DNA from: Octopus vulgaris
Lineage: Eukaryota
Length of the DNA stretch: 64,000 nt
Direction of reading: 5' to 3'
NCBI GenBank assembly: GCA_951406725.2
Contig: OX597834.1
Coordinates: 25,482,001-25,546,000 of the forward strand
Program-made: the position numbers and the translations under genes
Notes under the pieces: generated by a model
The model's database searches: none
The model's input: the letters and a program-made list of their open reading frames with translations, nothing else
What the model was told of the DNA's origin: nothing
Shown: positions 50,425-64,000 of the stretch, one piece after another
Layout: the number at the start of each line of letters is the position of its first letter
Numbering within the stretch: position 1 is the first letter of the stretch

Positions 50425-51574
50425 GTACGGGTGGAGGTAGATGGAGTCATCCACTCCACTATAACTGGCTAATGGGTAAATTGACTCATCTATGCCACCA
50501 CAATTTTACCAACCTCAGGATGAAGATAGGGAAAGCTGATAGTAATAATCAATTAAAAACCCTTTCAAGACATTTTCTACAACTCCACAGATTTCAGGAA
50601 TAAGGCAGAATTAAATAAGTGAAGCCCAATACTCGGTTGGTGTTACTTTATTGAGGCCCAGAAGGATAAAAGGTGAAGTAAATCAGAGAGGGATTAAAAG
50701 TAAGGACACCAAAGAAAAATAAAACTAAATACCACAAGGCAATTTATTTGATACTCCACTGATTGTCACTCTACCAGAAAGTGGACTGACAGTTGAAAAT
50801 CTTAAAGACTATGTTTAAAAATGGAAGAATAAGAACTTTCACAACACATTCCAGTCATATTCCACCAGACACAAACACACTGAATGTTATGTCTGACAAC
50901 CTGCTGCTGTTGGTGGCGATGGTGATATTTTATACATACAACTACACATGCATGCACATTGGATGTTGTATTAGACATACTACTGGCACACACACACACA
51001 CATGATTATAGACACACATATGTACATACATACATACACACGTACATAAGCTAAGAGATATTCCTAAAATAAAGTCAATGACTCACAGTTACTATATACT
51101 GTATATAATCTAACGTTAACACCATGGTGTATGTAATAGACAGTTAACACTATATACTGCAACCTATAGTTAACACTACATACTGTACATAATAGGCAGT
51201 TAACAGTGTGTGAGTGTAAATATAATTTAAAAAAAACTAAATATCAAATACATTATAAATCAACTGCCACAGAACACACACACACATACACACACATATT
51301 CTTTTGGCTACATTCTTTCCAGAATCTCATAAAATACTCCTGCTAAAGGCCCTCCTGCTAAAAGTACCCAAGCCACATTGATTTTCATGCAATTTCAGCA
51401 CTTTTATAAAAACCAGGATCTCCAATTAGATAAAACATAAATAGAAACCAACATTTTATTTTATTTCTTTACATCTCAATGAGAATTGAAAATAAAAACA
51501 ATCTTCACTGTGAAACAGACCCACAATTTTCATAGACTGACGCATGCACACACACACACAATCACATAAATTAA

Positions 51575-51609
<35 letters not shown>

Positions 51610-52870
51610 CACACACTGTTGAGAAAACCACAATCCCAGAACTGTCACAAGCCAGTAAGATAACTAAAAGGCAAACTGTGTGTTAGTTTTTAAAGTAAAA
51701 AAAGGGGGAAAAAATGGCAACATCATCAGAACTATAAGAAAAATGAGCTCAAATTACATCAACAAACAAACATACACACAGTAAAATGTGTAGAATATTC
51801 CAGTTGTTGTGAGCCATGTATATATAATACAATGGAAAGAGAATAACAGGAATGCTGCTGCTGTCCCAGCACCATTCCTGTAGCAAAAGAATGAATGATA
51901 CTGTTACAGACTAACACTAAAAACTAGACTTTTAGTTAAAAACTTTCAAAATAAGAGCACTGAATGATATACGTTAACAACTAGCATACTTGTAAATCTG
52001 TATACACATACATTTACAATATAAATATACAATTTACACAATATATATATATATATATGTGTGTGTGCGTGCATACACAAAACTAAATACCACAAAGAAT
52101 TTTTGTTCTAGGAACCTATTTTGTTTGGCTGTCCCCTTGCCCCACACACACACACACACAGACACACACACATAAAATGGGGTTCCACAACTGACCCGAA
52201 CCTACAGTAGGAAACAGCCCCTAAAATAATGTGCTGTGGAAGCAAACCTGTAACCCCACAGTTGTGAGGTAAACTTAACCACACAGCTTTTGTTTGTGTT
52301 CATGTGTGTGTGTGTGTATGTTCGTTCATGCATGCGAATGTGGAGAATTTGACTTGTGACTGAGTGAGACCACTTCCTAAACCCATTAAGTCTGTGCAAA
52401 TGGCAAATGTTCTGCAATTCTAAGTTGCTGCACATAAATTGGGTCTTTTTTTTTTTTTTGAGAGCTTGGAGTTTTACACAGCACTGAATCTACTTTTCAA
52501 TGCAATCAGCTATAAAACTAGGGGCACAACAGAGGTCAAGACAATCAGAAACCAACTGCATTTAAGGCTTATTTTGTTGCTTTTTTAATACAAGTTTACC
52601 TTCTCCTTGAAAGAAGTTCTAATGAGAACTAGGAGTCCTTCACTTCCAGTGATTTACATATGAGTTAACCCATGGCTGGACAGGTGCTACAACTCCAGGT
52701 GAGTGTAGACATGGGGAAAATAGTGGCTAGGTGTCCATACACCTCAAACTCCTGGAAGTCCCATTATTGGGAACCACTGCTCTCACAGACTGGTGCTCCT
52801 ACATTTTCAGTTTGTTTTCCATAGCTGAATTCTCTTTCATGATCACTAAACACATATATCTTATGTCAGT

Positions 52871-53262
52871 GGAAGCACTCCATCGGTTACGACGATGAGG
52901 GTTCCGGTTGATCCGAATCAACGGAACAGCCTGCTCGTGAAATTAACGAGTAAGTGGCTGAGCACTCCACAGACACGTGTACCCTTAATGTAGTTCTCGG
53001 GGATATTCAGAGTGACACAGAGAGTGACACAGAGAGTGACAAGGCCGGCCCTTTGAAATACAGGTACAACAGAAATAGGAAGTAAGAGAAAGTTGTGGTG
53101 AAAGAGTACAGCAGGGATCACCACCATCCCCTGCCGGAGCCTCGTGGAGCTTTTTAGGTGTTTTCGCTCAATAAACACTCACAACGCCTGGTCTGGGAAT
53201 CGAAACCGCGATCCTATGACTGCGAGTCCGCTGCCCTAACCACTGGGCCATTGCGCCTCCAC
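52871..53262 (-). mobile_element. SINE family C with 11-bp TSD
   Basis: TSD cttatg(t/c)cagt at 52860-52870 and 53263-53273. Confidence 0.92.
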
Positions 53263-54250
53263 CTTATGCCAGTAACACTATACAGGTTGTCATCCCTTGA
53301 TGATACGGGACTAATAAACCTTGTTTACCTTTGTCAATTCCACTCTCTCACCAACCACTTCTTCGTGGTGCACCAGCAGGAGAGGTGATACTTTGTACAC
53401 GGCAGGAGTAAAGAATACTCACTACTCTCAACATGAACTCTTTACTTTTATGAGCAACAAAGCATCCCTTCTTATAACCCTGCAAAAATAAGTCATAGTC
53501 AACCTCAATAGAATTTGAACTGAGAACATAAATGAGAGGTGTCAGACTGAGTTAGCGCCACAACCACCACCACCACTGGGTTTTTGGATGCCTTTATCAG
53601 GATATACTAAATATATTTAGGTCAAACTTCCAGTTTGAGAATAATTGCATCTCACCAATCCCATAATTCCTGGAAAGTATCATGGCCCTTCCTCCTATGA
53701 CTCATTGAAAATAAATTATTTTTTTTAAATGCTGCAATGTTTTTTCCTCCAATTATTTTGATTTCTCATTTTAGAAGGCATGGCTAGTCAGTCATGGTTT
53801 GACTTGACTGATTGGATGTCTGCTTTTTAATGAAGACTGACCATTAGCTAAGTAAAGTGCTTCTCTTTTCTATCATGAGTATGGCAATATGACCAAATGG
53901 TAAAGTCTACTTCACAACCACAAAACCCTGGATTTGATCCCACTGAGTGGCATCTACAGCAAATGTCATTTTCTAGAGCCTTCGGTCAATCAAGATCTTG
54001 GTGAGTGAAATTGCATACAGAAGCTCATCAAATGGACTTTGCATGTAATTCAAATGCACTGCCTTGTTATACTCATACACTGAATTATGCTGACACTGCT
54101 CGAGAATTACATTAAGAGTACAAGTTTTTTGGAATGTTTGGCTACTTACACATTAATTCAGGAGCAGGTAATTCAGTAGATCAAATAACTGAATCCTTGA
54201 TCACTGAAACCAACAGAAATCTAACCATCCATATAACAGACAACTGCTGT

Positions 54251-54465
54251 TTAACCCTCTAGCATTCAGATTACTCAGTAAAATGCAATGCTTATTTAAT
54301 CATATTGTTTTGAATTTAATCATGCATTGCCTCATGGCTTTGAGATTTTGATGATGCAATTATACAATGGCATTGAAGGATATGTATGAGACCAGATCTG
54401 GCTGGTTTAAACATAAAACAAGAAGAATATTTAGGCCAGATATGGCTGATTTAAACACTAAAGTA
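54251..54465 (-). mobile_element. TTAA MITE family 1, degenerate
   Basis: ttaaccctctagcattcagatt...tttaaacactaaag; the right terminus is damaged. Confidence 0.75.
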
Positions 54466-55354
54466 AAAACTTGCAGTATTGCTATAAATATCCTCTACTA
54501 AAGTACAAGAGATACCATTATATACCAGTACTATTAGTATCCTTCTGGCCATAATTGTTTGCCTAACTGTTGAGCATCAATCACTGGGATATCAATCAAA
54601 TGAATCAAGAGAAACATTACAGGGTTTGATCAATCAATTAAAATTAACTATTCCCTAACCATTCTGTGGTTTATTTCCCTACTAGTGATCTGTCACCTTA
54701 ACATTCCCCTATCATTCAGTGGTTATTTATTGGCTTGGAATGATGATGGCTCCTTATCCCATACCCTACCCCTAACCTAGTAACTTGAAACCCTACCCAC
54801 TCTTATGTCTCCAACTACCACGGGATAGCCGATCTAGGGAAGCTTCTTTGAAGTGCCTTTATTAGATACACCAGCCAAACCTCTCTCATATTTAATCCCC
54901 AGTTTTAATACATTATTATATTCTAATAAGACAGGATGGTCTTGACTAGAATGTTTGCCAGGGTCAGACCTTTCCTAGAACATTGGATAATGTAGACCTA
55001 GATAGCCAATGTCACAAGAGAAGACAAGACAGACCAGAAGGAGATAAACAACAAAGGTAACAGATTGGTCAGAGGTGACCAGAGGGGGGAGGAATGTTTC
55101 TACAGCAAAAACTGATGGGGGTGTGGGGGGTGTACTAGAATTAGTTGTTTGATGTTAAAATTGGTGCTCTTCTCTTCTTGGACAGTTGACAGACAAAAAC
55201 TAGTCACTTATTCGAGTCAAAAGAAATTTCTTTCCAGTTGGCAGCAGATACCAAACTTAAACATTGAATACTTGTTACTAACCAAATGGTTATTTTACTG
55301 TTCTTAGTGCTGTCTCTATGCCTGTGTATCTAATGTGCCGCAATTAAAAATTAT

Positions 55355-55930
55355 CATTATTATTATTATTATTATTATTACTGAGTGAGAGAGCAGCATA
55401 TACCATCAAAGTGACACTGGAATACAAATGTATAGGTGAAGCCCAATATACCCATCATGACTACCTGTTTGATAAAGGTACATATACAAGCATCACAATT
55501 ATATGTGTGCAATGTGATGATCTCATGTCAAGATAAACAGCACATGACTCTGCCGGCAGGGTCCAGTTTGAATTTTCTTCAGGTTGAGTAGCTGATCCTG
55601 CTCAGAAGGTCCCCGAATAAGGTTTGCGTAAGGATGATGAATGAAACACCCATGATTCCTGAGGTGAATTATTCAAACCCCAAAGAACTCCTCTCAAAAT
55701 ATGACTATGATACTTCCACACTACTCCTACTCATGATCAGAAATACACATATCGTCAGCCACTAAGGGACATGCTCAACTGGCTACGGTCAAGCATCTGA
55801 CAAGCAAATCTGTGGTATTGAGCAGAATATTTGCTGCAACTCATCTTTTACAGCAAGACATAACATGTACATGATAACACTTCCAATCAGTTAAGATCAG
55901 AAGCCATGAGAGCCATTGCCTGGTATTGTA
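55355..55930 (-). mobile_element. Repeat family D
   Basis: Reverse complement of 16779-17345, with the (ATT)n tail at the left end. Confidence 0.8.
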
Positions 55931-56526
55931 TTTCAAGTCCTAGTACTTATTTCATAGTGACAAGAAAGATGAAGCTGGGATCATAATAATTAAGAATGAA
56001 TCCCACCACAGTCATCGTTTTGAAGAGAGATGTATTGTCAATTTTATTTCTCAAACTCAGTATCTGAATGGTATTTATTGAACCCAGAATGACAAAAAAA
56101 GCCAAACTGAATTGGCTGGTGTTCTATTTTATCAACTTTGGAAAGATGAAACACCAAGCATGTAGGGATTTAAGCTCAGAATATACATGGATGTAACTAA
56201 ACAACACAAGGCAGTTAGACCAATGTCCAGCAATTCCTCCATTAACCACTTCCCAACAACCATTTCCTAGCAGCCATAAACAGTTTAGTTCCAAGTTTCA
56301 GGTATGGGAAACCTGAAACATGACACATTAATCAGTCAGGCCACACTCCTAATAAATTCAAGGTAATTTTTCATTAGGTGTGCCATTCAGAAGATCCCAC
56401 AAACCATAGTTTGCCCATGACTGCTCTAAATTATTTTCCTTATTTTGTTCACCAACATTTACAGTATATACTCCATGTCTGAAACCTCATTTCCCCACCA
56501 TCAACAACAACTCATAAAAAGGAAAA

Positions 56527-56751
56527 TTAACCCTTTAACATTTAAACCAAGTCTTATCTGGCCAAAATAGTCTACCTGTTTTATCTTCAGACTAGCCATA
56601 TCTAGCCTCTCGCACTTACCCTACAATACTACTCTAAAAACAAATAATCACTTGATTGAAATCCCAAAGCTATAAGATAATACGTGACTAATTCAAAGCA
56701 ATGTGAATTAATAAACATTAAATTTGACAGATCTGAATACTAAAGGCTTAA
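56527..56751 (+). mobile_element. TTAA MITE family 1
   Basis: TTAA-cccttta ... ctaaaggc-TTAA. Confidence 0.82.
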
Positions 56752-56767
56752 ACCAAAATATAGTGGG

Positions 56768-56996
56768 TTAACCTTTTAGTGTTCACATTATTCTACCATA
56801 ATTAATGCTTTTTTATCCACATTGTTTTGAACTAGTCATGCATTATCTTGTAGCTATGAGATTTTGATGAGGTAGCTGTTAATTTTTAAAACGATATTGT
56901 AGGGTTGGTGTAAGAGACCAGATCTGGCCAGTTTGAACATAAAACAGGCAGAATACTTTTGGCCGCATATGGTCGGTTTAAATGCTAAAGGGTTAA
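56768..56996 (-). mobile_element. TTAA MITE family 1 (inverted partner of 56527-56751)
   Basis: TTAA-ccttttag ... ctaaaggg-TTAA, 16 bp from the previous copy. Confidence 0.88.
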
Positions 56997-57260
56997 ACAA
57001 CAATATTGCTGAAATGGTGTTGGTTCCAAGTTCAAAATCTTATGAAAATCCATCTCTCTGTTTGCTTTTCACCTTTCTAGTTTCAGTTGACAAAATAAGT
57101 AGCAACCAAGTACTTTTGTGCATGGAATTGAATGTAAAATTCCCACAAAATTTTGTAATACTGCAGCTATGCAAGAAATGGGTAGTAGCTAACTTTAACA
57201 CCAACACCCCAACCTGGTCTTTGGGTGCCTGCAGTTGAATATGCAAGTATTCCGATATCC

Positions 57261-57648
57261 GTGGAGGCGCAATGGCCCAGTGGTTAGGGCAGCGGACACG
57301 CGGTCATAGGATCGCGGTTTCAATTCCCAGACCGGGCGTTGTGAGTGTTTATTGAGCGAAAACACCTAAAAGTTCCCCGAGGCTCCAGCAGGGGGTGGTG
57401 GTGATCCCTGCTGTACTCTTTCACCACAACTTTCTCTCACTCTTACTTCCTGTTTCTGTTGTACCTGTATTTCAAGGGCCGGCCTTGTCACTCTCTGTGT
57501 CACGCTGAATATCCCCGAGAACTACGTTAAGGGTGCACGTGTCTGTGGAGTGCTCAGCCACTTACACGTTAATTTCACGAGCAGGCTGTTCCGTTGATTC
57601 GGATCAACCGGAACCCTCATCGTCGTAACCGACAGAGTGCTTCCATCC
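57261..57648 (+). mobile_element. SINE family C with 12-bp TSD
   Basis: Perfect TSD attccgatatcc at 57249-57260 and 57649-57660. Confidence 0.93.
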
Positions 57649-57921
57649 ATTCCGATATCCAACCAGCTTCCATTAAACATATACAAAAATATACAAAAAG
57701 AGATGCTAATGAATTCATACAGTGATGTCAAACAACTAAACTGCCCATTCACTGAATTAGCACACAAAGTAGTTAAACATTCCATATATCTATATAATTT
57801 GAATGTAATTCTCACGTAAGAACAGTGTGACAAATGGGATAAGGCTGCACAGTAGAATTACAGGTACAAACGGGACAGAAATATCTTGTGACATTTACAT
57901 TCAACTGAGCTTTCTCTCTTA

Positions 57922-58326
57922 ACTCTTTACTCTTTTACTTGTTTCAGTCATTTGACTGCGGCCATGCTGGAGCACCACCTTTAATCGAGCAACTCGACCC
58001 TGGGACTTATTCTTTGTAAGCCCAGTACTTATTCTATCGGTCTCTTTTGCCGAACCGCTAAGTGACGGGGACATAAACACACCAGAATCAGTTGTCAAGC
58101 AATACTAGGGGGACAAACACAGACACACAAACACACACGCACATATATATATGCATATATACGACGGGCTTCTTTCAGTTTCCGTCTACCAAATCCACTC
58201 ACAAGGCTTTGGTCGGCCCAAGGCTATAGTAGAGGACACATGCCCAAGGTGCCACGCAGTAGGACTGAACCCGGAACCATGTGGTTGATAAGCAAGCTAC
58301 TTACCACACAGCCACACCTACGCCTA
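57922..58326 (-). mobile_element. SINE family A
   Basis: Full reverse-complement copy. Confidence 0.9.
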
Positions 58327-59796
58327 TTATCTTACAAAAAAAAAAGCTCCAGCATAGCCATAATCCTCTCCTATGAACCTCTGTATCCTCTCTTATGCTC
58401 ACCCTCTCGTACCTTGACAGTTTGCTCACACACCCCATCACTACCTTCCTTTTGCCTCCATCATACTTTAGTCTTTCAACACCTGGCATAAAGCCAACTA
58501 CCTCCACGTTCCCTCTCAAATACTCCCCCTCTTTAGTCATGGGCACTTGCCCCACCCCCACCCTGTTCCTTTTCTGAGGTTTATACGGGCAACCTCACTA
58601 GTGCTAGTGGTACACAAAAACACCCAGTATACATTGTAAAGTGGTTGGCATCAGGAAGGAAATCCAGCCACAGAAACTATGCCAAGGCTGACATTGGAGC
58701 TTGATGCAGCCTTGTAACATGCCGGATACTGTCAAACCATCCAATAACTGATATAGGATAAGATTGTCATTTTAGTAAATCAACTTGTGTCACCTCATCT
58801 CTCATGACTTATCAACACCAAATATAACATTCACTTCAGAAATATGTATGGGTTGGGGGATAAGAAAGGAACCAATAGGACAATAAAAAGGGCTTGTAAT
58901 CAGTGAACAGAAATTCATTTAATAATTAACTAATCCAATTAAATCACACAATTGCTCTTGAAGTGTAAATGTATCGTTGTTGAGTGAAGAATAGGGAAGT
59001 CAAATGTGAACAGCAGGTTTAAATGAAGAAAGAAAAAAATTAAAAATAAGGTTTTCAAAGAAACATTTTACAGGTCAGTTGATTCCTTCCATCACTAGTT
59101 CTTTAAAATCAAATCTTGTATTATTCTGGGAGTCCTTCAATGTTAACACATCAATGAACAAACAATAAAAGCTTCAAATTAAAATCTACACAAAAGCCCC
59201 AAAACTCACAGATCAAAATATAGAGAAGGAAATCAATTCTTTTGCTTAGTGGGTTATATATATTAATTTACTCAGTAAAAATTAGCTATAATAATAATAA
59301 TAATGATGATGATAATAATAATAATGATAATAATAATAATGATGATGATGATGATAATGATAATAATTTCAAACTTTGGTACAAGGCCAGCCATTTAAAG
59401 GAAGGCATAAGTTGATTAAATCAACCCCAGTGCTCAACTGGTACTTATTTTATCAACTCCATAATGATGAAAGACAAAGTCAACCTCAGAGGAATTTGAA
59501 CTTAGAATATACAGATGGATGAAATGTGAAGCATTTTGTCCAGCTTGGTAATGATTCTGCCAGCTTGCCACAATAATGTAAGGATTTCTATGCCATATGG
59601 ATTAATATCTCGATCATCTTGCACTTGAAGTGTTACCAATTATGTCTTTTAACTAACCTAGCTGTAGCTAACTGCACACCTCTGTCAGTCAAATATATAG
59701 ACTAAAAGTGATGCATAATTAATTCCTGTTGAGCTAAGACACTCTATGTGGTTGCTTCATCTGCTAGGAACAACAGGTTAGTTTCTTCTGAAATCA

Positions 59797-60180
59797 TACT
59801 CTTTTACTCTTTTACTTGTTTCAGTCATTTGACTGCGGCCATACTAGAGCACCGCCTTTAGTCATGCAACTCGACCCCGGGACTTATTCTTTGTAAGCCC
59901 AGTACTTATTCTATCGGTCTCTTTTTGCCGAACCGCTAAGTAACGGGGACATAAACACACCAGCATCGGTTGTCAAGGGGGACAGACACAGACACACAAA
60001 CATACATACATATATACGACAGGCTTCTTTCAGTTTCCGTCTACCAAATCCACTCACAAGGCTTTGGTCGGCCCGAGGCTATAGTAGAAGACACTTGCCC
60101 AAGGTGCCACGCAGTGGGACTGAACCCGGAACCATGTGGTTGATAGGCAAGCTACTTACCACACAACCACTCCTGCGCCT
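59797..60180 (-). mobile_element. SINE family A nested in a family E repeat
   Basis: Full reverse-complement copy; family E sequence continues on both sides. Confidence 0.88.
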
Positions 60181-61351
60181 ACAGTCATGTCTTTAAAAGA
60201 AAATGCACTGAATAGTGTATTCCTAGATACACTGTGTGGAACAAAGACAGGACCAGTCATGACTGGAAGACTAGCTCAAGATTGACCTAAGATTTGATAA
60301 ACAAAGGGAGTTTCTACATGCGCAGCCTCTCAACCTGATAGAAACAGCAACCAAATCTCCTTATAATTACATCCTACTCGCTTAAAAAGAAAAGTACACA
60401 CTTGAAAAGAAAGTCTTACACGTAGTCATAAAAAAAAGAAAAACGAAAGTGGAATGGTCAAGATTCAAATACTTTCAGTCATAAATCTGTTGGACTGGGA
60501 TTGCCATGGATGTAAAACTAACTAAACTCAGGCCTGAGTCAGTTGTCCAGTGATAAATCTCAAAACCCTATTGTATAAACCACATAAAAACTTAGACACT
60601 ACATGTTTCTCTCCCCACAATTCCAAGTTCTGTTGAATTTCTTTTACTATTTCAACCTGTTTTGGAATAAACTAGATTAAATCATCATCATCACTATGAT
60701 GATGATGATGATTCAGTTGCATGTTTAGCCCAAAGTCCGCCCTTGATCTACCACACCAAGCCATCACCAACATGTTCCTTTCTTAGACACTGGTTTCTAG
60801 GCATAATTACATTATTTAATATGTTTTCAGATTGAAATACGAGGGAAATTTTGCTGCAATTTCCAGAAGTTGAGCAACCATGGTGAAGGCAAAGATAATG
60901 ATGATGCTGTAGAAGTTTGTAAAATGATAACCTTTCTTCTCCAATTTTCCTTGGTGCCAACACCCAGCTTTAGAATGGTGAAGAGTCCTACAGAAAATTT
61001 GGTTTTATCTCTAGCCAGCCAAAAGTGAGCAGCAGCAGCAGCCCAATGCAAGATTCTATTACCATGGTATTATATATATATATACATATATATATTGCTG
61101 ACAAAGAAAGAATTGAGATAAGAGACCAAACCAACCTCAAGAAAAGGAATAACATCTTTAAAAGATTGTATTCCTTCTAATTCTTCAGTTAGACAGCCAT
61201 TCATTGATGTTGCTTGTGGCAATAGATAAACTGCATTTAAAGAAGAGAGGGATGGGGAAAATACATTAAATATTTAAATGTACAAATAAGTCACATATTT
61301 TAGTTTCAATGTTTGTGTTGTCAACGCTACTGCATGTGCATATGGACACAG

Positions 61352-61383
<32 letters not shown>

Positions 61384-62472
61384 TTACACACAGAAACATA
61401 TGGCATAACAGTACTATCCCATTTTCCTCCTGTGTGCTAGGCGATAAAGAACAGTCAAGAGTGGTGAAACATTTTAAAACCTATCCAACTCGTGCTTGCT
61501 TGGAAAAACAGATGTAAAATGACAGTGACATCTATGTATATAACATTGATATTTTCCTTTTACACCTACTGTTCATGTTATGCATGGGTGTGTATGAAAG
61601 TGAATAGGTGTACGTGGGGGTATAAAAATATGTTTGGGGTGCATATATATATGTGCATGAATATAAATATATATATAAGCACATATACAAATATATATAT
61701 ATATAAGCACATATATATATATATATGTAAGCACACATACACACACAAACTTTGAAACAAAAACTTGACATTTCATTGAAGTCACACTATCCAAACATCT
61801 AGGTACACTGTACATGTGACCTTAACAGCCAATAAATGATTTCAGTACATCAGGTACAATATAACTACATGCCAATTAAAGACTTTTTAATTGACTTTCA
61901 CAGACTTCATAATCAATTAGTTTTATAAGATATATATTTTTCATACTCAATTAATAACAGTTACAACGATGATAATTCTCTCTACTATAGGCACAAGGCC
62001 TGAAATTTCGCGGGGAGGGTATAGTCGAACTTGTACTTGTTTTATCAACCCCGAAAGGATGAAAGGCAAAGTCGACTTTAGCAGAACTAGAACTCAGATC
62101 GTAAAGACAGAATGAAATGCCACTAAGCATTTTGCCCAGCATGTTAACGATTCTACCAGCACGTCACCCTTGCAAAGGAAGATGATGATAACAACAATAA
62201 CACTTGTTTCTAGCAAAGGCACAAGGCCTGTAATTTTGGGGGAGGGTGAAGTTAGTTGATTATGCTGGATCAAGTTTGACTGGTACCCCAGGAGGATTGA
62301 AAGACAAAGTAGGATTTAAGCAGATTAATGAAAGATGTGGTTAAAGTTGACCACAAGAGAGACTGAACTTTATGGAGGAGACAAAAAAAGGGAAACACAT
62401 CATGAGACACCACACAAAAGGAGGAGGATAATGGGGAAGGATTTTTAACATGTAATAATGATCTCTAGCATG

Positions 62473-62512
<40 letters not shown>

Positions 62513-63782
62513 ATAATAGCTTTATAGCGAAGGACAATTTACAAACAATAAAAAAATTTATCCTCACTCACTGAGGTAAGGGGAGGGGGTGCTAAAATGA
62601 AAAAGAAAAAACTATCAAGAAGATGCAGAAAAAAAAAGATTCTAGAAAGTTTGATTTGTAACCATGTGCTTTCAAGGTTCAGTCTCAGAGTATGGCATTT
62701 TGGGCAAGTATTTTCTACAATAGCCCTGGGTTGCCCATTGCTTTGAGAGTGAATTCGATAGATGGAAACAAGGAGGAAACTCATCATATATACACACACA
62801 CACATATACAAATACACATTTATGTGTATAAATATGCTGTATGTGTTTTTCACCACTTACTGCTAGCTACAGTTGGTTTGTTTATATGCCTATAACTTAT
62901 TAGTTTGCCAAAAAAAAAAAAATGACCAAAACAATAAATACCTGACTCATATCTCTAGAATCACACACCCTATAGAACATCTGTTGAATGAGGAGGACTC
63001 AGTACCAAAATTACATCAGATTGTCCTGTATTAACTACCTTTGCTCAATCAGAGCAGCCCCAGGAATATGGAACTGACAAAGGAGCCACTATGTGGTTGC
63101 TCAACATACTAGAAATAACAGCCAAATTTCCAAATCACAACATCCCATTTAAAAAAAAGAAGGACTCACTGGATAACGTAGTCATAGATACAATAGATCC
63201 TACATAGTAAGCCTGAATGAAGGACCATAAACTAGAGTGAAATACCATGTAAAATAAAGTTGTTTAATAAGTTCAGTAACCTTTGACAGAACATGAATCC
63301 AAGAAGTCCTCAACCAATTTAAGAAGAAAATATGATAATGGAGGTACTGTAATTAACAGGTTATTGTTTATGTGATGACAGCTAATCTGACAACCTGACA
63401 AATGAGGTGATGGGATATAACCTCTTCGAGTTAAGTTTAATACAGTAGGGACTTGTGGCCATAAGATATATTGGGTCACAAGTTGACACAAAGAGGAAAC
63501 TTTCTTTTGAATTCTCTTATAAAGAAGCTGAGTGTGAAAGGGAAAGAAAATAACAAAAATAGATGACCTCATTAACTTGTTTCTTCATTAATGATTAGAT
63601 AACGAAACTAATAAACAAACAAGGTTGTAAAGTTGATAAATAGGTTGATAAAGCTAAACAAAGGCTGAGAAGGGTGACATATCAACTAATATAAAAGAAT
63701 GAAAAAAGTAAAACAACCATACAAGTATCTAGAGCTTTAGTTTGTTTCATATATGATAAAACCATGCTTCACTACCCCTTTC

Positions 63783-63825
<43 letters not shown>

Positions 63826-64000
63826 AAAATATGTCAATATTTGTTTTATATTCAGTTATAACAAAAACAATTTTACATCAACCCTTTAGAATTATCAACA
63901 GGCCTATTTAGGAGCCATGGGTCCTGAGATTAAAATGTACCCAGACTATGCCATAAAATGCTTAGTGATAAGGAGTGATAATGGTTAGTGTTGGGTAGGT

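Noticed and set aside
57700-57785. Minus-strand ATG GAA (MECLTTLC...) and other candidates for the missing first GRB2 exon (42035-42085, 53330-53420, 58945-59015)
   Set aside because: None encodes the A.(Y/H)DF...DELSF SH3 motif together with a phase-0 GT donor.

Overview
AT-rich, repeat-dense animal genomic DNA. The SINE/RTE-LINE repertoire, the (CAT)n/(AAT)n tails and the very long (TA)/(CA) microsatellites suggest a coleoid cephalopod, probably Octopus; this is an inference. The one host gene I can support is a minus-strand GRB2/Drk/Sem-5-family SH3-SH2-SH3 adaptor. Four coding exons are visible (26975-26878, 19892-19746, 18768-18588, 11391-11221), all with GT-AG borders and the intron positions and phases of vertebrate GRB2. 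The first coding exon was not found in the 37 kb upstream. A candidate terminal exon or 3' UTR runs from about 7091 to a poly(A) site near 5040. The rest is intronic and intergenic repeat: several tRNA-derived SINE families (some with clean TSDs), two families of ~228-bp TTAA/piggyBac-type MITEs, a decayed full-length mariner, mariner- and hAT-type MITEs, RTE-like and CR1-like LINE fragments, and Penelope-like relics. The most notable observations are three closely spaced inverted MITE pairs in the intron (candidate dsRNA/ADAR substrates), a complete type I hammerhead-ribozyme-like motif, a PHD finger inside a LINE reverse transcriptase, a TSD-flanked SINE dimer, and a possible extra terminal exon. 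Nearly all short ORFs in the supplied track are microsatellite or repeat artefacts. I found no evidence for a wholly new multi-gene system.
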